DNA of 64,000 nt from Octopus sinensis. Taxonomy: Eukaryota. This document shows positions 1-11,744 of the stretch, piece after piece. The stretch covers positions 63,240,001 to 63,304,000 of the forward strand of contig NC_043003.1 of the NCBI RefSeq assembly GCF_006345805.1, read 5' to 3'. The notes beneath the pieces were generated by a model that saw only the letters and a program-made list of their open reading frames with translations, was not told the DNA's origin and made no database searches. Each line of letters opens with the position of its first letter. Positions within the stretch are counted from its first letter, which is position 1. The position numbers were made by a program, and so were the translations under genes.

Positions 1-205
1 TCCCATTTTAATGCATTTTTGGCATATGTAAGGGAAGTAACTCTCTAAAAATTTATTATTAAATCTCAGAACGTAAAAAGCTACAATAACACCCCCCCCC
101 TTTGTGGTTAGCCATATTAAGATGGCTATTATACTTTACATCTCTAAAAATGCTTATATAGTTATTTCCCTTACAGACCCGAGCAACGCTGGGCGATACT
201 GCTAG
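1..205 (+). mobile_element. Non-autonomous Helitron-like element, 3' end
   Basis: Subterminal hairpin CCC-G-AGC-AAC-GCT-GGG (178-193) followed by CGATACTG-CTAG (CTAG 202-205); nearly the same terminus recurs at 14814-14842. Confidence 0.6.
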
Positions 206-207
206 CG

Positions 208-335
208 TATATATATAACAGCTTGCAGATGTTGGATGCCAAGTTGAAGACCCGAAAACACTAATGGAAGATTGGGAGGGATGGAGAGAGGTAGTCAGGC
301 TAGCCCAGGCAATCAGCCAGACTGATGCCTCAATA
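208..335 (+). mobile_element. RTE-clade LINE, decayed 3' coding end
   Basis: Translates YI*QLADVGCQVEDPKTLMEDWEGWREVVRLAQA, resembling the RTE C-terminal YIxQL..D.GC..ED....M.DR..WR motif. Confidence 0.6.
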
Positions 336-1018
336 TAAAAAAATAAACAATATCTAAGTCATTCAATGATGTCTTTGTATTATTTGTGACCAAACAAATT
401 GGTGTTGTTGCTTGCTCTCCGGTCAGTCCTAATTAAAGGTTATTAAAACCATGAATATCTGGTCACTTTTTACAGTGATAGCAAGCCATTGGCATTATCT
501 ATTCCACCTTCTTTCTTTAAAGGGTTAGGGTGTGGTTTGGGTTAGGAAATTTGGTTACCATTTTTGGTAAGTTTAGTGGTTAAATAGAGGCTCTCTTTGT
601 GGTTTGTATATGCATGTGGCACATCATACATTTACATTATGGTCATTTTTACATAAGGTGTACACACTGCCGGACCATTTGAGAGTGGAGAAATGTACAT
701 TGAAATTAATATTCTTGAGATAAATGTTTGTAACATCACTATTACTACTGAGAATTCTTTGAAACTTGAAACTTTGAACATGGTGCTTTGAGTTCAAATT
801 TAAAACTTTGGATGCAGTGCTCTAGGTCAGAGGTTTAAATGTCATGTATTCATTTCTCTGTTTCTTTTGATTTGGCACAATGCCTACAGGGCAGGGCAGA
901 TATTAATACATTTTCTTTGGCCAAATTTGTCAAATCATCAAATTAGAAGTCATTTCAGTATGAAGATCCAAATAATGACATCAAATTTTAAACTTTTAAT
1001 AGATATTTATGATAGATA

Positions 1019-1233
1019 TTCTTTTCTACTCTAGGCACAAGGCCTGAAATTTTGGGGGATGGGGCTAGTTGATTAGATCGACCCCAGTATGCAACTGGTA
1101 CTTAATTTATCGACCCCGAAAGGATGAAAGGCAAAGTTGACCTTGACAGAATCTGAACTCAGAACGTAAAGACAGACAAAATACCGCTTAGCATTTCGCC
1201 CAGGATGATAACGATTCTGTCAGCTCGCCACCT
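1019..1233 (-). mobile_element. SINE family A (tRNA head + Meta-like central domain)
   Basis: Minus strand has B-box GAGTTCAGATTC, then TTTGCCTTTCATCCTTTCGGGGTCGATAAATTAAGTACCAG (resembles the MetaSINE/Sauria central domain) and tail GGCCTTGTGCCTAGAGTAGAAAAG; more than 15 copies in the window. Confidence 0.85.
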
Positions 1234-1552
1234 TTCTGATGAATATTAACCATCTCATGGTTAACATTGTTTACTTTTTAAGGTCTTATAGTTTGGACAA
1301 TCACAATGGAAAAAAATGATTGGTTGGGTCTGCTACCTAGATTAACATGCATCCCTGGTCCTAAGATATCTGTAACTGGAATATTGGCAGAGCCTCCAAC
1401 ATCTAGGAATTGAATCCAAATCACAGTGTTGGAATATGAATGCTACTCAAGTGCTATTCAATGAGTTCTGCTCAATGAGTGCTACTCTTCATTATTTGAT
1501 TGAGTCATTTGAAGAAAAGGCAATGACTTATTTCAGTCAGCTGCACAAATAT

Positions 1553-1985
1553 CGTTTATCTTTTACTTGTTTCAGTTATAGGACAGTGGCCATACTGGAG
1601 CACTGCATGAAGAGTTGCTGAGCTACTACTTTACAGGCATGTAAACAAACCAAATCTGGCTGTTGAGCAGCAGGAGAACAAACACAAAGACACAAACACA
1701 TTTGGCAGTATTCTACACAGTTTTTATCTACCAAATCCACTCATAAGGCATTGGTTAGCTTCAGGCGGAAAGAGAAGACACTTGCCCCAGGTGTAACATG
1801 ATGGAAATGCAAGTGGAACCATGTGGTTGGGAAGCAAACTTCTTATCACACAGTCATGCTTGTAGCCTTAGGCTTCCTTACAGTTTCCATCTACCAAATT
1901 CTCCCAAAAGACATTGGTTGGCTTGGGAATCTAGTAGAAGATATTTGCCCAAGATGCCATGCAGTGGAACCACTAGTGTAGCTAG
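1553..1985 (-). mobile_element. SINE family B (tRNA head + CORE-like domain), two degenerate copies
   Basis: Matches full copies such as 2215-2625; contains the reverse complement of CCTGGGGCAAGTGTCTT (CORE-like). Confidence 0.75.
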
Positions 1986-2214
1986 CAGGGCAGTAGGGGG
2001 CGATCTGCCCCAGGCAGCACTTTTCAGCCTGTTGTAGGTTATTGTTGTAGGCAATATGTGTTTTTCTTGTGGGGTCCAAGGGTGGCAGATGGAAGAGTCA
2101 CCCCGGCAGCACACACTGTAGCTACGCTAGTGAGTGGAACAGAACTCGAAACCATGGGGTTACAAAGCAAGCTTCTTAACCCCTCAGCCATCCTTGCAAC
2201 TATATTTATATTCT

Positions 2215-2625
2215 TTTACTCTTTTTACTTGTTTTTACTCCTTTTACTCTTTTTACTTGTTTCAGTCATGTGACTGTGGCCATACTGTAGCACCATCTTT
2301 AGTTGAATAAATCGACCCCAGGACTTATTCTTTGTAAGCCTAATACTTATTCTATCAGTCTCGTTTGTGAACTGCTAAGTTACAGGGGACGTAAACACAC
2401 CAACATCAGTTGTTTGTGGGGAGACAAACACTGACATGCAAACACCGACACACACACATATACGATGGGCTTCTTTCAGTTTCCGTCTACCAGATCCACT
2501 CATAAGGCTTTGGTTGGCCTGAGGCTATAGTAGAAGATGTTTGCCTAAGATGCCAAGCAGTGGGACTGAACCCAGAACCATGTGGTTGGTAAGCAAGCTT
2601 CTTACCACACAGCCACTCCTGCACC
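2215..2625 (-). mobile_element. SINE family B, full length
   Basis: Minus strand: GGAGTGGCTGTGTGGTAAGAAGC head, GGGTTCAGTCCC B-box, CTTAGGCAAACATCTT CORE-like segment, internal (TG)n, tail ACTGAAACAAGTAAAAGAGTAAAA. Confidence 0.85.
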
Positions 2626-3205
2626 TATGTTTACTTTTGTTGAGCGTTTTTTTTTTATTTAACTTTTGCAACTTTGGCAGATAGACTGATCTGGGTCTCT
2701 GTATTTTGAGTTCAAATCCTGCAGAGGTCAAATTTGTTTTTCCTCCATCCAGGATAATTCAATAAAGAACCATTTTAAAGTGGTGAGCTGATAGAATTGT
2801 TAAAATGTTTGATAAGATACTGTGCTGTATCTATTCTGGATTTAGCATTCATTAAGGGGTTCAATTCCAGCTGATGACTAAAGCCAGTGTTACCTGATCA
2901 TGGGACCACAATTGATTATTAAAGCTACAATGGGTGGAGAATGACTATGGCAGTCTATTACTGTAGTTGAATGATGAATTTCCTAGCAGGCCTTCATCAC
3001 ATTCTCACAAACCAATGAAGAAACCCTTAAGCTTTATAAATCATCTGACCTGCTAGAAATAACAGTCAAATCTCTTGCAACTCACAATTACCTTTAAAAA
3101 GGAAGGACACATATTCAATTTACAACTACAATGTTTTATGTCCAAAACTAAATTATTAAAATGAATTACCATGGCTTTTATACCTTTAATTATAGATCTA
3201 CTCAC

Positions 3206-3353
3206 AACATCTGAGGACACAAAGCTGTCTTGCGTTCTCAGATGTTGTTTGAAGTTACCCTTCATCTTGTCGGTAGGAGAAGAGTAGCACAGTTTCTTCA
3301 TGAATGCATTAAAGATTAATGCTGATACAGATGCTGATTCATTCATTAAATGC
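3206..3353 (-). CDS. Candidate orphan internal exon (148 nt), product unknown
   Basis: Minus strand: ...TTCAAACATTTAG acceptor and GTGAGT donor; only one frame open (HLMNESASVSALIFNAFMKKLCYSSPTDKMKGNFKQHLRTQDSFVSSDV); no repeat homology noticed. No protein family recognised. Confidence 0.3.
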
Positions 3354-3477
3354 CTAAATGTTTGAAATGAGTTGTGGCTTATCAGATTATTATAAGCTAC
3401 AGTATAGATATATATACAAATAAATTACAGTATATATATTAAGAGTAAATATTATACATTAGAGTATATAAGTTATA

Positions 3478-3665
3478 GGAGCAGGTATGGGTAAGTACAG
3501 GGGGTGGTTCTGTAGTTATAACTTTGCTTCCTATCAGCATGGTTTCGGGTTCAGTCCCTCTGTGTTGTGTCTTGGGTAAGCGTCTTCTACCAAAGCCCAG
3601 GGCTGACCAAAGTGTCATGAGCGGATTTGGTTGGCAAAAAGTGAAGCAAGCCAATCATGTGTGTA
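3478..3665 (+). mobile_element. SINE family B, 5' half
   Basis: GGGTTCAGTCCC B-box, CTTGGGTAAGCGTCTT CORE-like segment, GGCTGACCAAAG. Confidence 0.75.
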
Positions 3666-3815
3666 TGTGTTTGTGCCTTTTATGTGCCACCGGCACAGAA
3701 GCCAGTTAGCCACTCTGGCAATGATCACGCTCGGATGGTGCTCTTAGCACCTTACTAGCATGGGGCTCAAGTACCAGTAAGGCGACGCTGGTAACAATCA
3801 CACTCGAATGGTGCC

Positions 3816-3961
3816 TTCTAAGTTCAAATTCCGCTGAGGTTAACTTTAACTTTCATCCTTTCAGGGTTGATAAATTAAGTACCAGTTGTGTACTGGGATT
3901 GATCTAATCAAATGGCTCCCTTTCCATAAATTTTGGGCCTTGTGCCTAGAGTAAAAAGAAT
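3816..3961 (+). mobile_element. SINE family A, 5'-truncated
   Basis: AGTTCAAATTCC ... CTTTCATCCTTTCAGGGTTGATAAATTAAGTACCAG ... GCCTTGTGCCTAGAGTAAAAAG. Confidence 0.8.
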
Positions 3962-4934
3962 TCCTTCAGTTATTAACCAGCATCTCCATCACTTTCTTAG
4001 GTTGGTCTTTTCCTTCCTTAACTGCTGGATATTGAGCTTAATTTGATAACCAGCTGATCTAGCAAGCGGGGCCTCATATCAGTGAGGGGGGGGTGCACAT
4101 TGATGCCGTCGAGAGGTAGGCCCCGAAACGGCATGCATTCTCTCCTGATGACTCCATACACTTGCTGGCTTCCGGTATACGAAGCTTTTGACTGGTAGCA
4201 CTTGCATGTGCAAGTTGCTTGCAAGACACCAACATCCAAAACCACAGGTGAGGACAGGTACAAAAAAAAAAAAAGAAAAAGAAACTGACAATCACCAAGA
4301 CATTTTCCTTCTATATTTTTTTGATTCACAAAGTTTAGCTGAGCTTGGGGATATGTTAAATGGCATTTACCCAGAATGCCATGCAGTGGGACCAAAACCA
4401 GGGCCTCATGATTCATATCCATACAACTATACCAGTATATTTTAAAACAAAACATTACATTTTAAACTAAATCCTGTGTGCTAGCTTATGTTGGCTGATG
4501 TAAATTCTGACATGTGTATTAATGTAAATTTAACCTGCTGTAGGTAAATTAGCTGACTGATATCATTCTACATGTGCTTATCACTTTACTATCATTTTAT
4601 GTCTATTTCTATCTCTCTCTCTATGCTCCTACACACAAACACACACACACTCTCTCTCTCTTCCTTTCTCTGTTTGTCTCTCTTAATCTGTCTCTCCTCT
4701 CTTTCTGTCTGTTTACATGTCTCGTCTCACTTCCATGCCTTACCTGCTGGGTGTGGTTCCTACATAGCGATGTGTTATGCTAACACACACACAGACGCAC
4801 ACACACACACACACACATACCTCCCAACCACACACATACATACGCAGATATACATGCGCACTGGCATAAAACTACATGTTTATATGTTACAATGCTGACT
4901 GATACTAAGCAATAAAGCTTTATCTAATCTACAG

Positions 4935-5290
4935 TCGTGGTGATATTGTTAATGGCAGCAGTGATGATAACAACACTTGGTGATGATGGTGACGGTGGTA
5001 ATTGTGGTGGTGGTGATGACGGTGGTGATTGTGGTGGTGATGGTGAAGATGATGGTGGTGGTGATTTTAGTGGTGGTGGTAGTGGTGATTTTGGTGGTGG
5101 CGGCAGCGGTGGTGGTGGTGATTGTGGTGGTGATGATGATGGTGGTGGGGATTTTGGTGGTGGCGGTGGTGATGGTGATTGTAGTGATGATGATGGTGGT
5201 GGTGATGGTGGTGGTGGTGATGGTGGTGGTGATTTTGGTAGTGGTGGTGATAATTTCAATGATTATGGTGAAGTTGATATTTTTAGTTCC
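4935..5290. repeat. (GGT/GAT)n cryptic trinucleotide repeat
   Basis: Visible triplet mosaic; explains the Gly/Asp-, Val/Met- and Pro-rich ORFs. Confidence 0.95.
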
Positions 5291-5859
5291 ATGTCAGCCT
5301 TGAACGAGCAGATCTCGACCACCTCACAACCGGTGCTGGTTTGTTTATGTCCCTGTAATTTAGGGATTAGGCAAAAGGACTGTCAGAAAAATTACCAGAC
5401 TTTAAAAAAACATTAAAAAAACCAAGGTTGATTTGTTCAACTAAAAACCCTTTGAAGCAGTGCCCCAGCATGGCCACACTGCAATGACTGAAACATGTAA
5501 AATATGAAATAAGAGATAAATACCACTGAACTCTATTCTTGAGTTTCCATTGTTATCTTTGAATTCAGGGTTCAATCCCTGTCTATTCCCTTCTTACACA
5601 TATTGAGTAAAGCTGTTTCCCCGGAGGGCTCTGGTAGGTTCCTCTTTTGTTTTTTTTTTCATTATCAAAAAATATTCTACCCATGACCACCACGTCATTT
5701 AGTATATTTAAGAACTTCAGTTGAATGAGACCCCTATTATTTAAATGGAAAAAACAAAAAAAAAACACAAAATGTGATTTGAAGCGAGTTTGGCTGCTAT
5801 TTCTAGCTTTGTGAGCTGTCACGTAGAGGTTCCATCTGGAGTTTGTGATATTTGTGGAT

Positions 5860-6295
5860 TTGGTAATATAATGATAGCAGTGAAAATGGTGGCGGTGGTA
5901 GTGGTGGAGCTGAAGGTGATGATGGCAGGGATAGGTGGGGTGCAGCTGAAGGCAGTGGGGTGGAGGTCGCAGTGGTGTTGACAGTGGTGAAAAGGATGAT
6001 GATGGTAATGATAGCAGTGGGGGTGGAAGCTGAAGGTGGTGATTCTGGGAGGGTGTGGTGGTGATGGAGGGGAATGGTTAATGGCAGAGGTGAAGGTGGT
6101 GGTAGGGGTGGTGATGATTGTTGGCGATGGTGACAGTAGTGGAGGCGGTGATGGTAGTGGAGGCAGCAATTGCAGTAGAGATAGTGATGTGGTGGAGCTG
6201 TGAAGGTGCCGATAGTAATGGTGAGCAAGGTGATTGTGATGATGATGACGATGATAATGATGATGATGTTGATGTTATTGATGATGATGTTGACA
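5860..6295. repeat. Degenerate (GGT/GAT)n low-complexity tract
   Basis: Triplet mosaic ending in (GAT)n. Confidence 0.9.
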
Positions 6296-6559
6296 TTGCT
6301 TATCTTTAACTACATTATGCATCCAACAGGCAGCATCCAAAAGGCAGCACAGCATGACATGAGGGAGATTTGGCTGTTATTTCTAGCACACTGAATGACC
6401 ACATAGGGACTTAGATCACATTAACTGACTTTGAAATATGGTTTCAAATTTTGGCACAAGGCCAGGAATTTTGGGGAGGCGTGCTAGTCAATTACACTGA
6501 CCCCCACAGGGATCAACTAGGACTTATTTTACCGACCCTGAAAAGATGAAATGTGAAAA

Positions 6560-7000
6560 CTCGTGGCATAATGGTTAGGGCATTGGACTCATGAACACAA
6601 AATGATGGTTTCAATACCCAGACTTGGCAATGCATTGTGTTCTTCAGCAAAGCACTTCATTTCACATTGCTCCAGTCCACTCAGCTATAAATGGAGGCTT
6701 GTGGCTCAGTGGTTAGGGTGTTGAACTGATGATCATAAGATTGTGGTTTCGACTCCTGGACCAGGTGACACGTTGTGTTCTTGAGCAAAACACTTCGTTT
6801 CACATTGCTTCAGTTCGCTCAGCTATAAATGGAGGCTTGTGGCGCAGTGGTTAGGGTGTTGGACTGATGATCATAAGATTGTGGTTTCGATTCCTGGACC
6901 AGGTGACACATTGTGTTCTTGAGCAAAACACTTCATTTCACATTCCTCCAGTCCACTCAACTGGCAAAAGTGAGTAATTCTGCGACAGACGGGTGTCTCC
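6560..7000 (+). mobile_element. SINE family D: three tandem tRNA-head + CORE units
   Basis: Units 2 and 3 start ATGGAGGCTTGTGGC at 6691 and 6829 (138-bp period); each carries A-box GTGGCTCAGTGG, B-box GTTTCGACTCC and TTCTTGAGCAAAACACTT. Confidence 0.85.
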
Positions 7001-7339
7001 TCCAGGTGGGGAACAAAGAAGAAGTAACACTCTTTTTTACTACTCAGCTATGAATGAGTAACTCTACCATGGAATGGTGTCCCATGCAGGGAAAAATGTT
7101 TTGATTTTGGTCACCTGTAGACCATGGAAACCAAGTAACTGACCTCATGAGTTCTTGGACATAAGACAGTAATGACCCATGGTTGACGATGAGAGGAGAA
7201 AGGGCAAAGTTGACCTTAGTGTGATTTGAACTCAGGACATAAAGAACTGCAAAAAATGTTGCTTAGCATGTTTGATGAGTTGATGATTCTGCCAGCTGAT
7301 TGCTTTAACGAACTTAAAAGTATAACGAGTGTCAGAAGT

Positions 7340-7725
7340 CATGGAAAAGGTGTTGATTATGATGATAATGATTATGGTGATGTTATTAGTATAATGACTA
7401 TGATAGTGTTTGTGATGATTATGATGATGATGATGATAATGATTATGAAAACATTGATAAAGATGGCGATTGTGATGATGAAGATGATGATAATGATGAT
7501 GATGATAATGATGATGATGACAGTGGCGACAAGCGACAATAATTAATGATGATGATAGCAAAGTTGATGATGATGATGATGATAATGATGATTATGATGA
7601 TGATGATGGTGATGGTGGTGGTGGTGATTACAATGAGATGATTGCAGTAGCATTTGTGGGGGGCAACATCAATGAGAATATGATGATGGCGAGGACAACA
7701 ACGACAACGATGATGATGGTGGCGA
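7340..7725. repeat. (GAT)n-rich microsatellite mosaic
   Basis: Direct inspection. Confidence 0.95.
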
Positions 7726-8354
7726 TTTGCTCTCTGTTTGCAGACTGGCATAAAATCAAAATATCTGACTGTCACCACTTTGCATTTAAATTGTCTGTTG
7801 GGGTTAATTAAGATGAAGATATTGTTAATCTTGATAAAACATCATCGGCTATCCCCCCCACCTCACCCACTCAACACCAACAACACCCCCCACCCTCCAT
7901 GCATCACCGAAGACCCACTCTCTCCTCCTTTCTGCTCAGACATCACACATCAGCCGGCAGCAGCCTATCTATCATCTACTCTTCCCGACCCTCCACTGAC
8001 TGACTGACGTGAGAAACATCAACTAGCCAAGGGTGGGAGGGGAAGATATTTGGTAATGACCCACAAAGCGAACATTTCTGGTATGTTTTAGGCGAAAGGA
8101 AACCTTTAAGCATTATACATATGTTTAGAAGAATACTGAACACGCTATAAAAACACACACATACTGTTTAAAGACAGACACATGCACACAAAGACATGCT
8201 CACGTGCATACGCCAACACACACAGAGTCATACATTGATAATGTACATAGACGCATCGGTTTGATGTGTGGTGGTTGTTGTTACAAGGTGTGTCACTACT
8301 GCGGAAGCTACTGTTCTGGCATAACTAGAAACATATACACTCTCGATTGTCTCT

Positions 8355-8482
8355 GTATATAGATACATATATATATATATATATTCATGTGTGTGTGTGC
8401 ACATATATATATGTATAAGTATATACTTGTGTGTATATGTGTACACATACATATATACATATTACATATATATATAATATCA

Positions 8483-8530
<48 letters not shown>

Positions 8531-8656
8531 TTATATATGTATGCATGATTTATATGTGTACATGAGCACATATGCATATACCTATATCTATCTATTTATA
8601 CATATCTATATCTATTTATAAGTGTGTGTGTATGTATGTACATATATATGTATGTT

Positions 8657-8688
<32 letters not shown>

Positions 8689-8700
8689 TACATATATATA
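8355..8700. repeat. (TA)n/(TG)n compound microsatellite
   Basis: Direct inspection. Confidence 0.95.
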
Positions 8701-8850
8701 TGGCATTAGGAAGGGCATCGACCTATAGAAACGTTGCCAGATCAGATTGGAGCCTGGTGCAGCCTTCTGGCTTGCCAGTCCTCAGTCAAACCGTCCAACC
8801 CATGCCAGCATGGAAAGCGGACGTTAAACGACGATGATGATAATGATGAT
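8700..8850 (+). mobile_element. SINE family C 3' part (RTE-like tail)
   Basis: TAGGAAGGGCATC...AACCCATGCCAGCATGGAAAGCGGACGTTAAACGACGATGAT; recurs at 11075, 29290, 42548 and 63065. Confidence 0.8.
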
Positions 8851-8869
8851 GATATATATATATATATAT

Positions 8870-9015
8870 ATGATACGCTTCTTTCAGTTTCCATCTACCA
8901 AATCCACTCACAAGGCTTCGGTTGGCGTGAGGCTATAGTGGAAGATACTTACCCAAGCTGCCATGCAGTAGGACTGAACTCAGAACCATGTGGTTGGGAA
9001 GCAAACTTCTGGACT
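8870..9015 (-). mobile_element. SINE family B, 5' half
   Basis: CTACCAAATCCACTCACAAGGC...GGACTGAACTCAGAACCATGTGG as in other copies. Confidence 0.8.
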
Positions 9016-9190
9016 AATGGGTATATGTTGATTAGTGTGTTGAAGTGTTTAGTAGAGCACTGACACAGTTTCGGCTACCTGGTGTCATCCACAGTCAGGG
9101 AGCTACTTTGGGAATACTGTACTATTAGTTGAGATAATAATAATAATTTCTTAAGTAAGCAGAAGATGGATTTGGTATTAATCTTCATTT

Positions 9191-9296
9191 TGTACTACGG
9201 ATGTTTTGACCCATCCTGCTACTGACCCTTATGGATGGGACTCTGTTCAAAATGTTGTGTTGCATCCATTTTGCAGTCTGGGTCTCATCAGGTACA
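9191..9296 (-). ncRNA. Type I hammerhead ribozyme motif with G12A lesion (probable Penelope-like terminal repeat)
   Basis: RNA: UGUAC-CUGAUGA-GACCCA-(65 nt)-UGGGUC-AAAAC-AUCC-GUA/GUACA; 5-bp stem I, 6-bp stem II; core intact except G12. Confidence 0.65.
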
Positions 9297-9794
9297 GCCA
9301 TACATAAAGTTGTATCTCGCTAAAGATCCTGAGTTTCGGCTGTCATATTGTTATATGCTCGGCTAGTTAGAGAATGAAACATTGCTACAGTTTTCAATTA
9401 CTATTATCATTCTATTAGAATTGCCAACATTTGTAAGAACTGTTTTGATCAAAAAAGAAGAAACAGTTAAAGGGAAAGTGACTGGAAGAAGGTTTAAAAC
9501 AAAGGAATGGTATTAGAATAAAGGAAGGGAAAGATATATGCAGGCTAGAATGTCTAGGGGTTGGAGGGTTGTTTAGCTACTTAGCTTAGGTCGGGATGTA
9601 TTTACATACATTCGTACACATATGCTTGTACATACATTCGCATGCATACACCCATACATACATTTACACAAGGGACTGCTGCCCAGAAGATAATCTCACC
9701 GTAAGCTTGTCATCACAGTTACCTCAAGAAGAGGGCACCATGTAGACAGTCTGACTCACTCCACATCTATATCACCAAGGTTTAATAACACACC

Positions 9795-9964
9795 CCTATG
9801 CTTCTATATATGTATCCACATGCATGCATACACTTACATATACATACATATATCCATATGTATATATTTACACATACATTTTCATATATGTACCCCCCTA
9901 CATCCATACATATATTTTTACATACACATGCACACACAGGTGTATGCATATACGTATACATATA

Positions 9965-10005
<41 letters not shown>

Positions 10006-10034
10006 TTATATACACACACACACACACTCTATAC

Positions 10035-10065
<31 letters not shown>

Positions 10066-10265
10066 CATATGTACACATACACGCATATGGATATATCCAC
10101 ATATACATATATATACTTTCAGTTTCATGCGTACTCATGCATGTGCAACCCACATACATGCACATACATATGCTTACGCATACACCTGCACCACCCTCCC
10201 CACACAGACACAAATGTATACACACATGCACACACACACACACATATGCTTGCACACATACACAT
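9795..10265. repeat. (TA)n/(CA)n compound microsatellite
   Basis: Direct inspection; source of the YIYI/HTHT ORFs. Confidence 0.95.
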
Positions 10266-10465
10266 TCCTGCATCCTGTTAGTTTTTCCAAGTGATAACTA
10301 ATCGTTGGCATATATTATTATTATTATTATTATTAATATACAGCTGCATAGTAAGGTTACATATCTGAATTGATATGTATATCAATATCTACACACAAGT
10401 GTATGAGATATTGAAAGGCATATTTTTGCCTCTTTCGATAGTTCATCTCTTATATTAGTTTCAAG

Positions 10466-10997
10466 CAGGAGTGGAGGAACTGTAGCCCACGGGTGCAAAT
10501 ATGCATGCAAGACCATTTTATTTCGCCCACAGGCTGATATACTCGTATGCACAAAATATACTAAATTTTCTATTATCAAATTTATACAATATTCGTATGC
10601 CTATTTGCAACATAGGTCATATTTCTACTACAACTTAAAACAGTTAGACTCGAACTGAAACTCGTCCGGTAATTGCTGTTTGAATGGAAATTTTGTTTTC
10701 ACTATAAAACACATATTGCTAGGTTTGTACCACTCCCTTGAGTCCCAACTACACTCTAGCTGAAGAATATAGAATACCTCATAAGTAATATAAACGTCAT
10801 AAATTCAGTGGTGGCATTAATGAAGATGTTATGCGTTAATTTAATTTAACTTATCTTTATTAATGTATATCAGATTATACATAGATATATACATACAAGA
10901 TTTACACAGATATAAAAAGTTAGAACTTGTGATCCACCTGCAGACCGTTTTCTTTGGAAATTTTTGCCCACCATACTAAAAGTTTTCCCCACCTCTG
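10466..10997. mobile_element. hAT (Charlie-like) MITE
   Basis: TIRs CAGGAGTGGAGGAACT / AGTTTTCCCCACCTCTG; second copy at 30552-31085. Confidence 0.8.
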
Positions 10998-11074
10998 GTT
11001 CAGAGGCTATGCTCTAGTACCTTTTAGTTAGCATACTTTAGTGACTCACATTTGTGTTCTGAGGTGGGCAAGGT

Positions 11075-11435
11075 GGCTGAATTCCTTTCAAGCATTGGGT
11101 CTCAGGGAGGCTAAGTGGCTGAGTTCCTTTTGAGTGTTGGGCCTCATGGAGGCAATGATCAAGATCTTTGGCATTATGTTGTGCTTGAGAAGAAGACCCA
11201 TCAAGCCAAGCAAAATCAGTCATGGCAGATACCAGTGTCACGCACTGGCACCCATGCCAGTGGCACGTAAAAGCACCCATTAGACTCTCGGAGTAGTTAT
11301 GTTAGGAAGGGCATCCAGCCATAGAAAACCGTGCCAAATCAGACCGGAGCCTGGTGCAGCCTGCCAGCGGGCCAGCCCAGTCAAACCATCCAACCTATGC
11401 CAGCATGGACAACAGATGTTAGATGATGATGATGT
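11075..11435 (+). mobile_element. SINE family C
   Basis: GGCACGTAAAAGCACCCATTAGACTCTCGGAG...GGAAGGGCATCCAGC...(GAT)n tail. Confidence 0.8.
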
Positions 11436-11744
11436 GTCCGAGCATAATCAACACAATAAAGCAAGTTTTTGTCGCTTTAGTTAATGAGTCTATTATGTTT
11501 TTTTGAAAGGCTATACTCTAGTTACTTACTGTCGTGTTCTGCATGAGTCCAGTGTGAATGTACCTAAATACATGTAACAACTCATCTGGTCCTTCCTTAG
11601 TATAGGCACCATGGTTGCAACATAAATAGAAAGATTTTCCAACCCCTTCCAGCACAGAAATCAAACATTTAGAGCAGAGTTTAAGCTATCTTTTTGTGGA
11701 AGAAGGTTTATGTTCCTATAACCTGTATTAATTCTGTAACCCTT

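Noticed and set aside
4924-5416. Gly/Asp-rich 159-aa, Pro-rich 111-aa and Val/Met-rich ORFs (also 5803-6394, 7226-7778, 13493-13965, 56984-57531)
   Set aside because: Open in most frames on both strands because the (GGT/GAT)n mosaics lack stops; no splice or domain evidence.
6691-6770. tRNA-like sequences with A and B boxes (here and in all SINE heads)
   Set aside because: They run into CORE- or Meta-like SINE bodies and lack a proper acceptor stem, so they are not tRNA genes.
9060-9400. Two more minus-strand GCCGAAAC motifs (about 9070 and 9335) flanking the 9191-9296 hammerhead
   Set aside because: No intact CUGANGA or stems could be assigned; at most decayed tandem copies.
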